Below, one piece after another: positions 12,271 through 25,166 of a DNA stretch of 64,000 nt. The stretch's first letter is position 1. Each line of letters begins with the position of its first letter. This stretch comes from Lama glama (lineage: Eukaryota). The translations under genes were made by a program, and so were the position numbers. Below the pieces are notes generated by a model, which had not been told where the DNA came from, ran no database searches, and worked only from the letters and a program-made list of their open reading frames with translations. The stretch lies in the NCBI GenBank assembly GCA_028534125.1, contig CM052817.1:18726001-18790000 (forward strand), read 5' to 3'.

Positions 12271-13302
12271 AGACTATGTCAGGTTTTTAAGATTATACTA
12301 TAGTTAAAAAAAAAAAAAACACCCCTAGGATATCAGTAGTGGTTTACAACATGATGATAACTTCCTACCTCTGTTACACGTTGGCAGGTCTGGTGTGGTT
12401 GAAGCTGTGTTCCATGTGTCTTCTTTCTCAGGCTGAAGGGGTAACATGTATTTGTGGTATACCATCTCAGTAAGGGTGAAAGAGCACAACTGTTGATGGG
12501 ATCACATAATGGCTTTTAAAATTTCTGATTTGATCTGGCTTTTGTCATTTAAATTCACATTTCACTGGCCAACCATGTCATATGGCCAAGCCTTACAGCG
12601 TGGCTCGTGAGTTTCATCTTCCCCAAAGGAAGAAACTGAAGTTTACATGGTATGGGAAAGGATGTAAGCTGCTCTCATAGACTAACCAGAGGAGAGCATA
12701 CTTGAAAAGCCCATGTACCACTGTACCACTGTCAACTTTCTTGGTCCCAGATATTTACTTTTGTCCTTTCTCCCTCTTTGTGCAAAGTGAATCCAAGACT
12801 CCACAGGAGGCAGTCTAAAAGCCCCATTCAGTCTCATCAATGGGCTAAAGACCCAAGGTCTTGTTATGGTCTCCCATATCAGCTATGTCTTGATTAAGAA
12901 AACTAAAAGTTTAAAAGGAAAACAAAAAACAAAATTCTGCTCCAAAACACCCAAGATACTTTGATACAACAGAGATAAAATGACAATACTGATTCCATGC
13001 AGAAACAGGAAGAACTAGAGACACATAGCGTTTACTTGTCTATAGAAATTATTAAATCTTGTTCTTGAAACAGCCCACAATCTTCGGAGTAGGGAGTGTT
13101 TCTTGTTTAGGCCTTAGTTCTTAGTCTATGAGAACATCTTCCCCCTTGGTTCTTGGCTCTTGTCTCCAATCTCAGAGAAGTGCTTTCCTTGAGGCTAAAG
13201 TTTACTTAATACTAAACTGTAGGTTATTATTTAGGACATGAGAGATTTTCTTCAGCTTTCATTGTGCCATGGAAACTTGGCAGGCAAAGGTTATTTTATG
13301 TC

Positions 13303-14400
13303 TTTTTTTTTAATTGAATTATAATCAGTTTACAATGTTGTGTCAATTTCCAGTGTAGAGCATAATTTTTCAGTTATACATTAACATACTTATATTCATT
13401 GTCACATTCTTTTTCGCTGTAAGCTACCACAAGATCTTGTATGTATTTCCCTGTGCTATACAGTATAATCTTGTTTATATATTCTACATGTTCCTGTCAG
13501 TATCTACAAATTTCAAGCTCCCAGTCTGTCCCTTACCACCCCCCTCCCCGCTGGCAACCACAAGTTTGTATTCTATGTCTACTAGTCTACTGTTTCTGTT
13601 TTGTATTTATGTTCTTCTTTTTTTTTTTTTAGATTCCGCATATGAGCAATCTCATACAGTATTTTTCTTTCTCTTTCTGGCTTACTTCACTTAGAACGAC
13701 ATTCTCCAGAAACATCCATGTTGCTGCAAATGGCGTTATGTTGTCATTTTTCATGGCTGAATAGTACTCCACTGTATAAATATACCACTTCTTCTTTATC
13801 CAGTCATCTGTCAATGGACATTTAGGCTGTTTCCATGTCTTGGCTATTGTAAATGGTGGTGATATGAACATTGGGGTGCAGGTGTCTTTTTGAAGTAGGG
13901 TTCTTTCTGGATATATGCCCAGAAGTGGGATTCCTGGGTCATATGGTAAGTCTAGTCCTAGTCTTTTGAGGAATCTCCATACTGCTTTCCACAGTGGCTG
14001 CACCAAACTGCATTCCCACCAGCAGTGTAGGAGGTTTAACTTTTCTCCACAGCCTCTCCAGCATTTGTCATTTGTGGATTTTTGAATGATGGCCATTCGG
14101 ACTGGTGTGAGGTGATACCTCATTGTAGTTTTGATTTGCATTTCTCTGATAATTAGTGATATTGAGCAGTTTTTCATGTGCCTATTGATCATTTGTATTT
14201 CTTCCTTGAGAATTGCTTATTTAGATCTTCTGCCCATTTTTGTATTGGGTTGTTTGTTTTTTTCTTATTAAGTCATATGAGTTGCTTAGATATTCTCGAG
14301 ATCAAGCCTTTGTCGGTTTTCTCTTTTGCAAAAATTTTCTCCCGTTCTGTAGGTTATCGCTTTGTTTTGCTTATGGTTTCCTTTGCTGTGCAGGAGCTTG
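13303..14400 (-). mobile_element. Young 5'-truncated LINE-1
   Basis: Poly-T tail at 13303, L1 3' UTR, open ORF2 C-terminus. Confidence 0.95.
13629..14192 (-). pseudogene. L1 ORF2 C-terminal segment (187 aa, open to the natural stop)
   Basis: [27 protein letters not shown]...HCWWEC cysteine-rich domain, ends ...LICGI*; lacks endonuclease and RT domains. Confidence 0.95.
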
Positions 14401-14657
14401 TGAACAGTCACAGGATCTTTTGATGCAGGTTGATAACTTTTTTTGGAAGTACAACTCACTCAAAAACTTTGATTCCAGTCAGGCTAATTGTCCTAATAGC
14501 TTGACCCACAATTCTTTTTGAAGCATGCTTCTCTCTCTAAACCAAGATACAGTTCATCTGAGTTTATAAGTCTTTAGGGGAGCACCATACTGTCTCTTTT
14601 CTCTGAGACATTTTGCCATCTAAAAGGATTTTAAAGATGAATTAAGGGTGCTGTGTG

Positions 14658-14745
14658 TTTTCCTTTCTTTCTTTCTTCCTTCCTCCCTCCCTCCCTTTCA
14701 TCCATCTCTCCCTCTCTCTTTCTTTCTCCTTTTCTTTCCTTTTTT
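14658..14745. repeat. CT-rich simple repeat (TTTC/TTCC/TCCC)
   Basis: Directly visible low-complexity pyrimidine tract. Confidence 0.85.
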
Positions 14746-16766
14746 TAAAAAACAAAGTCACTGATAACCATATCCTAGATTTGGTCTTTGCCCTGTGACT
14801 GAAAATTAATTTATCACTTACCTGTTTTATCCTCACTTTGCAAGCCCTAAAATTTCTGGATCCTCCACATTTCCCCTTTTTATAAACCAATTCACTCTTT
14901 CTTGTAGTAGATTGTCATTTAGCTAATAACAACTAAGTCTTATCTATAACATTGCATATTCCAGCCCCTTTAACAAAAACTCATTCAGCACGTTTTCTGC
15001 CTTAATAGTCATGGGTAAGACTTTCACAAACTATTTTGCATCTTTATGACATGGTAGGACATGTTTTCAAACATTTAATACCAGTTTTGGCCTTATCCTC
15101 CCCCTAATGCCATAAGCCAGTGCCACATAGTTTAGCCTTATCTTATGAAAGCATCTCACTTTCAGAATAACTAACTTTATTAGGTTATTCATTGACAATT
15201 CCCCCATTTACAAATATACTGGTATGTTTCTCATTTACCTTGCATATTATTAGATGTGAGTTTCATGTGTTTTGGTTTTATATATCTCCTCATTCTGGAA
15301 CTTGATATGAAAGACCAGGCCCTATTTGGGACATGCTATTCTTCTGGCAGAGGGAGGGAGCAAGAGGGTTAGCAGAAATACAAAATGACTAGTTAAACTT
15401 CTGCTTGGAATGGATTTTCATCACCTCTGCCTACATTTTATTGACCAAAGAAAAAGTCAAATGGCCACATCTGACAATGGAGTCATGTATTACACTCTTC
15501 CTGCAGGAAAGCCCCTTAAGTCACATGGCCAAGAGAAGGATGCATACTTCTCTTACAAAGAAGACAACATAAAATTTTCAGGGCAAAAATGCAAGCTTTA
15601 GAAGAGCACTCTGTAGGAAGGGGCTTTGAGAGCCTAAGAACCAACAAGCAATAACGAACATTTGATTTTTAAAATTTTGCATCAAAATTAGAAATCTTAC
15701 CAATACTGATTGTTTTGCAGAATGCTTCCATAAAACTCCATGTGATTTTGTAATTGGAAAACGTTTGGGAAATCAATTTTTCAGTGAGTAGTTTAATGTA
15801 AGTTCATTTGAGTAAGGTCTTGGTCAAGTGGTGGTCGGTTGAATGAACTGGAAAAGATGGCAGAATAGTGTTTGGCCCAAGCCAATTTATTTTATTTTAC
15901 TGCTTCCATCTCTGGCTTCATAAATATTCATGACATCTGAACCTGGAAAGGAAATAGGTTCTGCAGAGCTAGTGTTATAAAGTAAGTACTTCCTGCCATA
16001 TTTATTCAAATAGAAACAGACAAAAGATATGATTGTATTTAGATTCAATCTGGTTATTTTAACAGAAGAAAAGCAAAAGGTAAGGTTGCTGTGCCAAAGA
16101 GTGAAAAATCAGGGAAGAGTTGCTGTTCTATTGTGCCAATTCCAAGTTACCTGCACCCAAATTTTAATATCAAAATTGGGTTAAGCTTCTCTTTTGGTTT
16201 CGTAGAGTTGTGGCAGATCCTGTTTGATGGGGAGATGCTCTTCAGGGGCCAAAGATAAGGGGCTCTCTCTTCTTCATTATGCAGCCAGAGCTACATATAA
16301 ATGGATTTTACTACTTACTGAGAGGATTTTAATTCTTTTTAGAAGTGAAGACAACATTCTTGTCTTATTTCACGAGGTATATTTATCATTCTGTGTAAGC
16401 TTTAAAATTCTAACCATATATTAATTGTAATTATATTATCATTACTCAATATAATGATAATAAAACTATTTCTCTAAAGCATATAGCTGTGGATATATAA
16501 ATTCTGCGGGTGGTAAAGTAAGTATATTAATGCAAAAATGATATTTCACCTCTTGTAAATAAGTGCTGTCAAGTAATATTTACATGTGTTAATATTCAGA
16601 TTGCAAAGTCAGCCGTCCCTTTAGTGAAGAACTGTCCTGGGAGTCGTCAGCCACCTTTACATGCTGCACTTGTTAGTTGGGAATGGTTAGGAAATTGTTC
16701 TTATCGGGGGAGAGGGGGTAGAGGTGATACAGCATCAGTGTGTTTGACTGTCTTAACATGCTGCAA

Positions 16767-16865
16767 CCTCCTCTGCTCTGTCTCTTTCTCTCGCTCTCTG
16801 TCCCTCTCTCATTTTCTCTCTCTCCCCTCTCCTCCCTCCTTTCCTCACTCTCACTCTCTTTTTCT
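16767..16865. repeat. Degenerate (CT)n polypyrimidine tract
   Basis: About 100 nt, almost all C and T. Confidence 0.9.
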
Positions 16866-17324
16866 AACAGAAAAAACAGAGAAAGAGTATATCAGTATAT
16901 CATGCATCTATTAATAACCACCATCTGAATAATTACTTTACATATATGTAAAAGATTAATTAAAAACAAAACAAAAGACCTTGTTTACACACACCTGAGA
17001 ACAATAAAGAAGACTTGGAATTCAGAGGAATTCTCATCCACAATGGTTTATGTTTGTGTGCTGGCCAGTGGTTTTGTCTCAGTTTTTCTCTTTCCAAAAA
17101 TATGTGGGGTTTAAGCTGTTTGTTCATTTTGTATCAGATACAAAACAATAAAGTCGTTGTGTTCTTGTTTACTTTTTGTAGTTTAATTTTGTTTTGTTCT
17201 TACTTGCTGCAGCCTGCAGACACAGAGGAAAATTAGTTTGTTTCCTGGACAAACACACCTATAGCTTATAGCAGATTATTATCTGTATAGTTCATTAATA
17301 ATGATCATAGTATACTTATAATAG

Positions 17325-17578
17325 GAAACATTTATTTAGAGCTTACTAAACACCCAGCACTGTTAGGAGAGTGGATACATATGGATACGTTTTATTCTTA
17401 CAATACTCCTATCACACAGTGAGCTATAATCATTCTCAGTTTACAGAGGGGAGCACTAAAGGGAAAGAGTTTGAGTAATTTCCTCAAGGTCACATGGCTG
17501 GTAAGTGGCAGAGCTGTGACTTGAACCTAGGGACTTTTTGCCCTAAATTTCAGGTTCTTAGTAGCTGTAATGTGCTGT
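17325..17578 (-). mobile_element. MIR SINE, near full length
   Basis: aacatttatt..gagcttact...tttacagagggg...ctcaaggtcacatggctggtaagtggcagagctg. Confidence 0.85.
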
Positions 17579-17992
17579 CATTTCTTCATGACTGTGCTGC
17601 GTTTATTCTGCTTTCCCTGTCTGCTGCTTGCCCAGAAAACTGTCTTTATGTTGTCTTGGTATCTGAGCAGCACCGGAGTTAAGCTCCGGGTCTCTCTGCC
17701 TTCTGCAGTCTCATTTGCTCTGCGTCTGCTTTGACCCACTAAAACTAATCTCTCTACGACCAGATGTGGCACTTCACAGAGTTTCTTAAGCCATATTATA
17801 ATTTGATTGTTGAGCGGTGAGAATTGGTCTTTTTTTCCCCCTCTACTTAATTGCTAACTCTTTGGGGGCAAAAATGCACTTCTTTGTTCACCATGGCTTC
17901 TATTAAAGTGCTAATAGCATGTTTAATGCTGAATGGAAATTTAGTTACCACATGACTGGGGAAGCATGGATGCCTACACATAATTATAGCAG

Positions 17993-18055
17993 CCAGGCCC
18001 ACAAAGCCTAAAATATTTACCATCTGGTCCTTGACAGAAAAACGCTGACCTGATG
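17993..18055. mobile_element. MER58A-like hAT-Charlie terminal fragment
   Basis: ggcccacaaagcctaaaatatttaccatctggtccttgacagaaaaa. Confidence 0.8.
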
Positions 18056-20229
18056 CTGCAACGTAGGCTGAATCCTGCACATTAGTTGAATTTTCTCAAA
18101 TTATCACCTAACACATGCCCTCCTTCTCTTCGTTCCAGACTAAACCTAGACATCTGCCTTTCTATTTACTGCCTTTCTCCCATTATCCACATGTATGTTT
18201 TATCCCGAGGTACCATTAGCTCAAAAAATAAAATAAGCCCATTTCATGAAACTCAGCTTTACTTGAGGAAGGGAGTGGATACATTAGAACCGTTAGAGAA
18301 GGGCTGGAACACGTGGGAAATACAAAGTGAAAGATTCCAGGCTGAGTTTTCTGGGGAAAAAAAAAGAGTTTCATTATGAATGCTTGCCTGTTAAAGAGAA
18401 AAGTAGATACATTGTAAAATGTGTGAAACTGAAATATATATTTCTATTGTCTGGTAGTGAATCCAGAAAGTATTAAGAGAAATGTCTATTTTCCTATTAA
18501 ATTTCAATATATTCACTAAAAAGAAAATAGGCCTATCAAGTAATTATTTCAAAGGTTTCAGTAATCCTGAATAAACTTGTATTGATTGAATATCAAAAGA
18601 ACGTTGAGCCTTGACATATATTTAATGCTCTTGGTAGAGGTTAACATGATCTTTAATTGAACATTTTCCCTAAATATAACTATAGATGAAATATAGTAAC
18701 TGGGGTATAGAGGCAATTAATGCCATAAAAATATATTCTCAGCTAAAAAAGAAACTCTGAACAAAGGAAATAATGTCGCCTTTAAAGAGCTTGCATCGAA
18801 ACCTTCGCAATATATATTGGGGACTCAGTTTAAGTTAAAATTATACCTTTATTTATATCAGTGTGGATTATTCTCATAAATTTTAAATAAAATAAGTGGG
18901 TAAAACTAGAATCATCAAAAATCTGGTCTTCCCTAGATATATACAGAGTTGGAAATCTACTTTTTAAATCTTATTAAATGTTTAAAGATTTAAAATGGTT
19001 TAATCAGACAGCCATGGCCTTTCTTTCTTTCTTCCTTTCTGGCCTTCTTTTTCTTTGGATTTTTTTTCTTTCAATGTATTTTCAAAATGTATAATATATA
19101 TATATTTCAAACTTCTTTAACATGTGACATTATTATACATTATATTTTTTGTTGTTTTTCAATGGTGGGATATCCAGTTCTTCTATTTTTCTGGGATGAT
19201 GTTCATTTTTCAAATTAATATCTCATGACTTCTTTTTCATAACACTTGGCTCATTTGCTTTTGTACTTCCATGTCTATGGCTACATATGAGATAACTCAG
19301 AACAGAGGAAAAAGAATGATGAGTCTCTAAAAGCACACTTGACCCAAATGTTAATGACAATAACCAAAAATGTATACTTTCTGTCTTCCACCAGTGGTAT
19401 GCAAAATTTTACATCAAGTATTTTATAAGCTATTTTGCTATAAAATAATCTTACATGGATATATTATTCCTTGAGAATTACTCCCATACCCACAAAATGA
19501 ATTTGCATATAATTCTTATTCATTAGAATGTTTAATGTGTTATACTTGTTCAAGGGTATTATATTTTTATCTTCCTTAGAACTGATAATAATTTGAGTAG
19601 TTTATCTGTTATTGATCAAGTTGTTAAATTATTATGCTACTCTTAGAAAAATATATTTCACCTTAAACAGTCAAATATTTTGTAACATTTGACCGAAGGA
19701 AAATAAAGGTGGAACGAGTTTATAATTCTGAAAGATGACCATATACTAAAAAGATCCATATAATACTATTTATATCAATATTTTTATTAAATCATGAAAT
19801 TGCAGAATCATTGCTCTAAGTCCTCCATGAGTTTGTTTTATAGAATCCTGCATTCATTATTTGGATTATTATACAAAAACAAGTAAGAAAATTAAAAGTA
19901 TTAAAAAATTATCTAACAGCACTTTGTTGCCAGGCTATTCCAGGAGCCATGGGTACATTAGTTAAAATTCATTGTCCTCAGTGATGGTTTGGGGTGGCTT
20001 CTAGGAATTTCATCTACTGATTCATACCCAAAACAAAACAAAAATCTGTCCATGTTTTAAAAAGGCATGGAATATTAATGAAAACAAAATATGATTTAAC
20101 TTTGTGTCTCTAATCTGAAATTTCATTTAGCAGGTTGTCACAATTTTCAACTGTAATTTATACAAATAAATTTATGTAAATGAAGTATTTTATTAAACAT
20201 AAATATTGGCCAGGAAGCTGATTATGTCA

Positions 20230-20700
20230 ATACAAGTTGAACCACATAGGCCCCCAAACTTTGGATTCTTTGTGAACTGGTCTTTACCTACATGGTCATC
20301 TTTATTGCCTGGTGCCCTCATTCACTACTTCCCACCAAATACACACATACAGCAGCACTGTAAACTCTGTGAGTTTCTTAAAACCACAGATTGTCACATG
20401 ATTCCATCTATGCATGATCTGATTCATTTTGTTATTCCTCTTTGGGTGCACCTGTCTGCATGTACCACCACCATCAGTTTTCTTAGTCTGCCTTAAATGT
20501 CAACGCTTTCACAGACTTTCAGTATTTGCCCATCCCTCTTCCAGAAAGCCATCACTAGATGCCATGACTCCCTCTCCCTGGCCAGCCAGTTCTACCCGCT
20601 CACTAATTATACGCATAGCAATCTGTTTGCATGTGCTGTTTAGAGTTGGAGCTCCTTAGGATATTATTGGTTCACATTCTGCCAGCCAGCTACACCACAC
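20230..20700 (+). mobile_element. L2 LINE fragment
   Basis: Decayed L2 3' region (ctcttccagaaagcc...cactaattatac...ggagctcctt). Confidence 0.5.
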
Positions 20701-21224
20701 AAACTCTGGGATAACTTCTTTTCATTGAATTTCATAAGGAGAGGACGTAAAAGTGATTTAAAAAACCAGTAATGATTGAGAAAAAATAAATGAAAGTGAC
20801 ACGTTGTTACTGATATGAAATTTCATTCTTAGAAATAGAAAATTAAACAATTTTATAAAGGAACATCTAAGTCATTGTTGTAACGACACTGCAGAGTAAA
20901 TCCTACCTCATATGCTGCTGCTTCTATTTCTGACACATAATATTTGATGTTTGGAAACATCTAGTATCACATATTAAATTAGTCAATCCTGCAGTAATAT
21001 TTGAATGCTTAGTGTGGTGTTAATCATGTGGAATTCTGTGCAGTCTTGATGGACATTAATGCATAGTGGGAAGAGATTAATGTGTAGTAGAAGTGTAATG
21101 AGAGACATTTGGACACAGCCGCTGGTGAGGAGTATCAGGTTCCTTACGCAAAGCACAGAGAGGAGAAATGACGTGTGTCCCACTAACAGATCAGGGAAAG
21201 GCTTTGTAGTCGGGTGGTTATTAC

Positions 21225-21395
21225 TAGACCTCTCTGTGCCATAGTTCCTCATCTGTAAAATGAGGATAGTAATAGCACCACAGTGCCTTCCTCTAACGGT
21301 GCTGTGTGAGTGACCGATAAATGTGGAGCTTTTAGAAGAGTGCTTGGCACATAGTATGTCCTCAGAAAGTTAACTGACATCATTATTACTACTGC
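21225..21395 (+). mobile_element. MIR SINE
   Basis: acctctctgtgccatagttcctcatctgtaaaatgaggatagtaatagcacc core; gtgcttggcacatagta tail. Confidence 0.85.
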
Positions 21396-21671
21396 TAGCA
21401 GTATTATTCAAGAGGGAACTTGACAGGTACAGTCCAGATTTAGAGAGAAACTGGAAAAATAAAAGCTGCAAAAAATCAAGTGTATTTGAAGAAACGGTGA
21501 AGAGCACAGTTGATAGAAACACAGACTGGGGGAAATGGCAGAAAAAGCCTGAACTGAGAAATCTGGCTTGAGGAGAAAGCAGATTTAGGGGAAAAATATG
21601 TATTTATTTTAGGTAGCAGAGACCTGTGAATGTTTACAAACTTTGGTTGAGGCCCTTAATTTCCTCTGTTA

Positions 21672-21825
21672 CAGTTCTTCTCAAGGTTCTATGTGTGCAC
21701 ACATCACTGCGGGATCTGATCAGATTCTGATTCAGGAAATCTATGGTAGGGCCAGAGAGTCTGCATTTCTAACATCCTCAGAGATGACGTCAGTGCTGCC
21801 ATTCCAAACACTACACTTTGAACTT
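21672..21825. mobile_element. MER5A/B-like hAT-Charlie MITE
   Basis: cagattctgattcag...gagagtctgcatttctaaca...acactttga. Confidence 0.8.
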
Positions 21826-21829
21826 GTTT

Positions 21830-21988
21830 ATTTAGTTGTCCATACAATGCTCCCCACCTCCAAATGTGAAACTGGTGTGAGCGGAGATTGTGTCTGTCCT
21901 GTTCATCACTGTACCTCTAGTGTCTGACACTGTGCTCAGCAGAGAGTAAGTGGTCAAAAAATGTTCAATGAGTGAATGAATAAATGAC
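21830..21988 (+). mobile_element. L2 LINE 3' end
   Basis: ttgtgtctgtcctgttcatcactgtacctctagtgtctg...tgagtgaatgaataaatga tail. Confidence 0.85.
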
Positions 21989-24192
21989 TGGAAAATGAAT
22001 ATTAAAGACAGGAAGGCATGGGAATTTCAGATATAAGTGAGAGAGGATTGATTAATGGAATATCTTTCTAGAGGATGAGGAAGTGGAGCAGGATCAAGAA
22101 TACAGAAGGTGCACGTTAGTTTTGGCTAGAAAAAGAAAAATCTACTTTTTGTATAGAAATAGGAGAAAAAAAAATAGAAGGGAACCGTTTTGAAGTAGAA
22201 AGGAGAGAAGAAAGTGGGAGTCTCAATGAATATCGTGGATTAGCCTAGAAAACAAGGTTCAAGATTCTCACCACCTAAGCCCACTCACAATTCAAAACAG
22301 GTGAAATCATGCTGCGTTTTGTGGTGTGAGTCCAGGACACTGATCTCAGACTAATCAATAACTAGAGTTGAGATGCGTTTTGTTTTTAAATGTGTGTTCT
22401 CAAGCCCATTCCAAATCTATGGAGTCAATGGGCAGCTTAAGATGGAAGCCCCTGAAATATTTATTTATATAATTTTATGATGATCATATTAGCTAGTCTT
22501 TAGCTGAGCAGGAACTCAAAGTTATTATAAATGAATCTTGTAATTATTTTACATTTTGCCTCATTGCCCTGGAAAGAGTTTTTGTAATTTAACTAGTACT
22601 ACTGCTATTATGTTATTGATACAGCTGCAAAAATTGAATGTTCAAACCTAATAACATTAATCCAGGAAAAAATAAGTTAGGGAGAAAAGTTGCATTTTAC
22701 CAAAAAAATGCATTTAAAAAAATTCACTGTAAAGCAGATGCCTTCTGTTTGCGTTTTCTTAATATGTGAATGCTAGTCTTTATTGTTGCTCACAAAAAAT
22801 TATCATTCATGAACACTGTAAGGCAATGTGAACACTGAAAACCATATGACAAGGGAAAAGATGCTATGCAGAAACTGATGATTTGTCTTATTAGAACAAC
22901 ATCTCTGTTGCATGCAGTAATCTTCATATTTGAACTTAAATTCTTCTAAGCTTAGAGAAAATAACCCAATCAATGGCAGTTTAGACATCCGAGAATGAAT
23001 GTGATACTGAGCATTGGAATGACATATTCCTATTTCTGAAGGTATTTTACGGTATTTAGTACTGCTCGAAATAAACTTGGAGTAAAGTAAGGAACTTGTT
23101 GTAAAATTGATATATTTCTTACTGGTTTTGATGAGTTAACAAAGTCCTATTTTTAAGAAAATGCCAGGATAATATTTAGATATTGGCTCAATTAAAATGC
23201 TTTAAAGAAAATCAATTGAAGAATAATGTAGGCACTGAAATGAAAAGTTGTGATGTCTTGAAATAATTGATTTAATGTTTTATTTTTCTAGCTTTGTCTT
23301 AAAAAGAAAAAGTTATTTTCTAAAATGCAGGTGCTATATTAGATTACATGTATTTTACTGGGTTTACTGAGAGAATTAAATTCATACCAAAATTTAGGAT
23401 CTTTGCTCCATTTGCAACATAGGACGTTAAATTAAGAAAATCCAATTAATGAAAATACTAGCCTTGCCAATAGAGTCATCAGTGTAGATAACTTTCTTTT
23501 CCACAGTTTTTTATCCCTTTTTCAGAGCTAAAATATACCAGTTATTCACCAATTATTACTAAATGAGAAAATTTCAAACTGTGAATAATGCTATCTCCGA
23601 TATTTCATTGATTAAGTTCTCACATATTGCATCAGGAAAAATATGACTTGTAGTATTAGAAACTCTTTCCAAATGTCATTTATTCAGAGAATGCTTTATC
23701 AATTTTAGCTACAGAGGGTTAAATCCGGAAAAAGTAAATCCCTCAATCACTGCAAGTATGAAGAATATTTTTTATATCAGTAGATTTAAATTGATAATGG
23801 ATTATTTTAATATATCCAATGAATTATTCAGTTTTATCTTTGTTATCATTGAATGTTTTCTTAAACCACATGATTCCAGTAGTTTACACTGTTGATTTTA
23901 TTCAGGCAAAATTTTTCCTTCCAAAATTCGTGTTCATACTATTTACATATTTTGTTTAAATTTGTTGAGTGTGATTTTGGATTTAATATTTTTCCAGTGA
24001 GAATTACTTGAATCATTAGTGAAGTGATTCATGTTGACAATGCATCTTAAAATATGTTTAATGTTTTAAAGAATATTTTGTGTGTAATTAATATTTGGTT
24101 CTTGCATCTCACTGTTTCCTCTGTGCATTTAGTAACTTTAATTGATGATGTGTAAGACCAAGTTTTAAGTCATTTTCAATGTTTTCCTTATA

Positions 24193-24714
24193 CAGATGGT
24201 CCCCAGCTTGATGGTTTAACTTAAGATTATTCAATTTTACAGTGGTGCAAAAGTGATAAGCATTCAGTAGAAACTGTACATTGAATTTTAAATGTTTCTG
24301 GGCTAGCAATATGCCGTTCCATACTCCTTTCTCATGTTGGGCAGTGGCAGTGAGCCGTAGCTCCCAGTCAGCCACGTGATCATGAGGGTAAACCACTGAT
24401 ACACTTACATGAGGGTAAACCACTGATACACTTAGAACCTCTACATACCCAGACAACCATTCTGTTTTTCACTTTCAGTGCAGTATTCAATAAATTACAT
24501 GAGATATTCCACACTTGGTTCTAAAATAGGCTTGTGTTAGATGATTTTGCTCTACTGTAGGCTAATGTCAGTGTTCTGAGCATGTTTAAGGTAGGCTAAG
24601 CTAAGCTATGATGTTCAGTAGGGTAGGTGTATTAAATGCACTTTTGACTTAGGGTGTTTTCAACTTATTCTGGGTTTATCAGGATGTACCCCATGGTAAA
24701 TCGAGGAAGATCTG
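24193..24714 (-). mobile_element. Tigger5/MER47-family non-autonomous DNA transposon, full length
   Basis: TA|CAGATGGTCCCC...GAGGAAGATCTG|TA termini with TA target duplication; body matches recalled MER47A/B sequence. Confidence 0.9.
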
Positions 24715-24775
24715 TATAAAGGGATTAATGACTTGGCTGATTTTTTTCCTTATTTGCTAAAAGTTTTTAAATCAT

Positions 24776-25166
24776 TGTATTCATTTTCTGGGGTTGCTAT
24801 GACAAAATATGACAGCCTGGGTAGCTTAACTAACAGAAATTTATTTTCTCACAGCTGTGGAAGCTGAAAGTTCAAGATCATGAAAAGTTGAAAGGTTTGG
24901 TTTCTCTTAACGCCTCTCTCCTTGGCTTGTCAATGACCTCCTTGTCACTTTTTTTCCTGTGTCCTCTAATGTCTTTCCTCTGTGTACACACATATCTGTG
25001 TCTATCTCTTCTTATAAGGACAACAGTCCTACTGCATCAGGGCCCACCCATCTGACTTCGTTTTACTCATTAAACAACCTGTCTCTATCTGCAGTCATAT
25101 CTGAGGCACAGGGGGTTTGGACTTTCTATCATATGAATTTTGGAGGAGGCAATTCCGTTCATAATG
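24776..25166 (-). mobile_element. MLT1B-like MaLR solo LTR
   Basis: tgtatt...aacagaaatttattttctcacag...cttcttataaggac...cagggcccaccc...catatgaattttgg. Confidence 0.85.

Larger units (their letters stand above)
12275..15605 (-). mobile_element. MLT1 (J/K-like) MaLR element with two LTRs and internal region
   Basis: LTRs at about 12275-12720 and 15175-15605 share collinear motifs (acattt..tg.ccaa...gtca.atggcca; acatgg...gaaggatg). MLT1-int-like sequence lies between them, with a PBS-side motif (gccagtgccacata...cactttc) next to the right LTR. Confidence 0.75.

Noticed and set aside
16066..16079. Plus-strand microexon (ttttaacag|AAGAAAAGCAAAAG|gtaagg)
   Set aside because: It is 14 nt and not frame-preserving, has a weak pyrimidine tract, and no host gene is identifiable.
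17673..17689. Near-palindrome CCGGAG-TTAAG-CTCCGG
   Set aside because: A 6-bp stem is expected by chance in 64 kb.
24381..24434. CRISPR-like or regularly spaced repeat array
   Set aside because: There are only two abutting copies with no spacer, in mammalian DNA. No repeat-spacer array was seen anywhere in the window.
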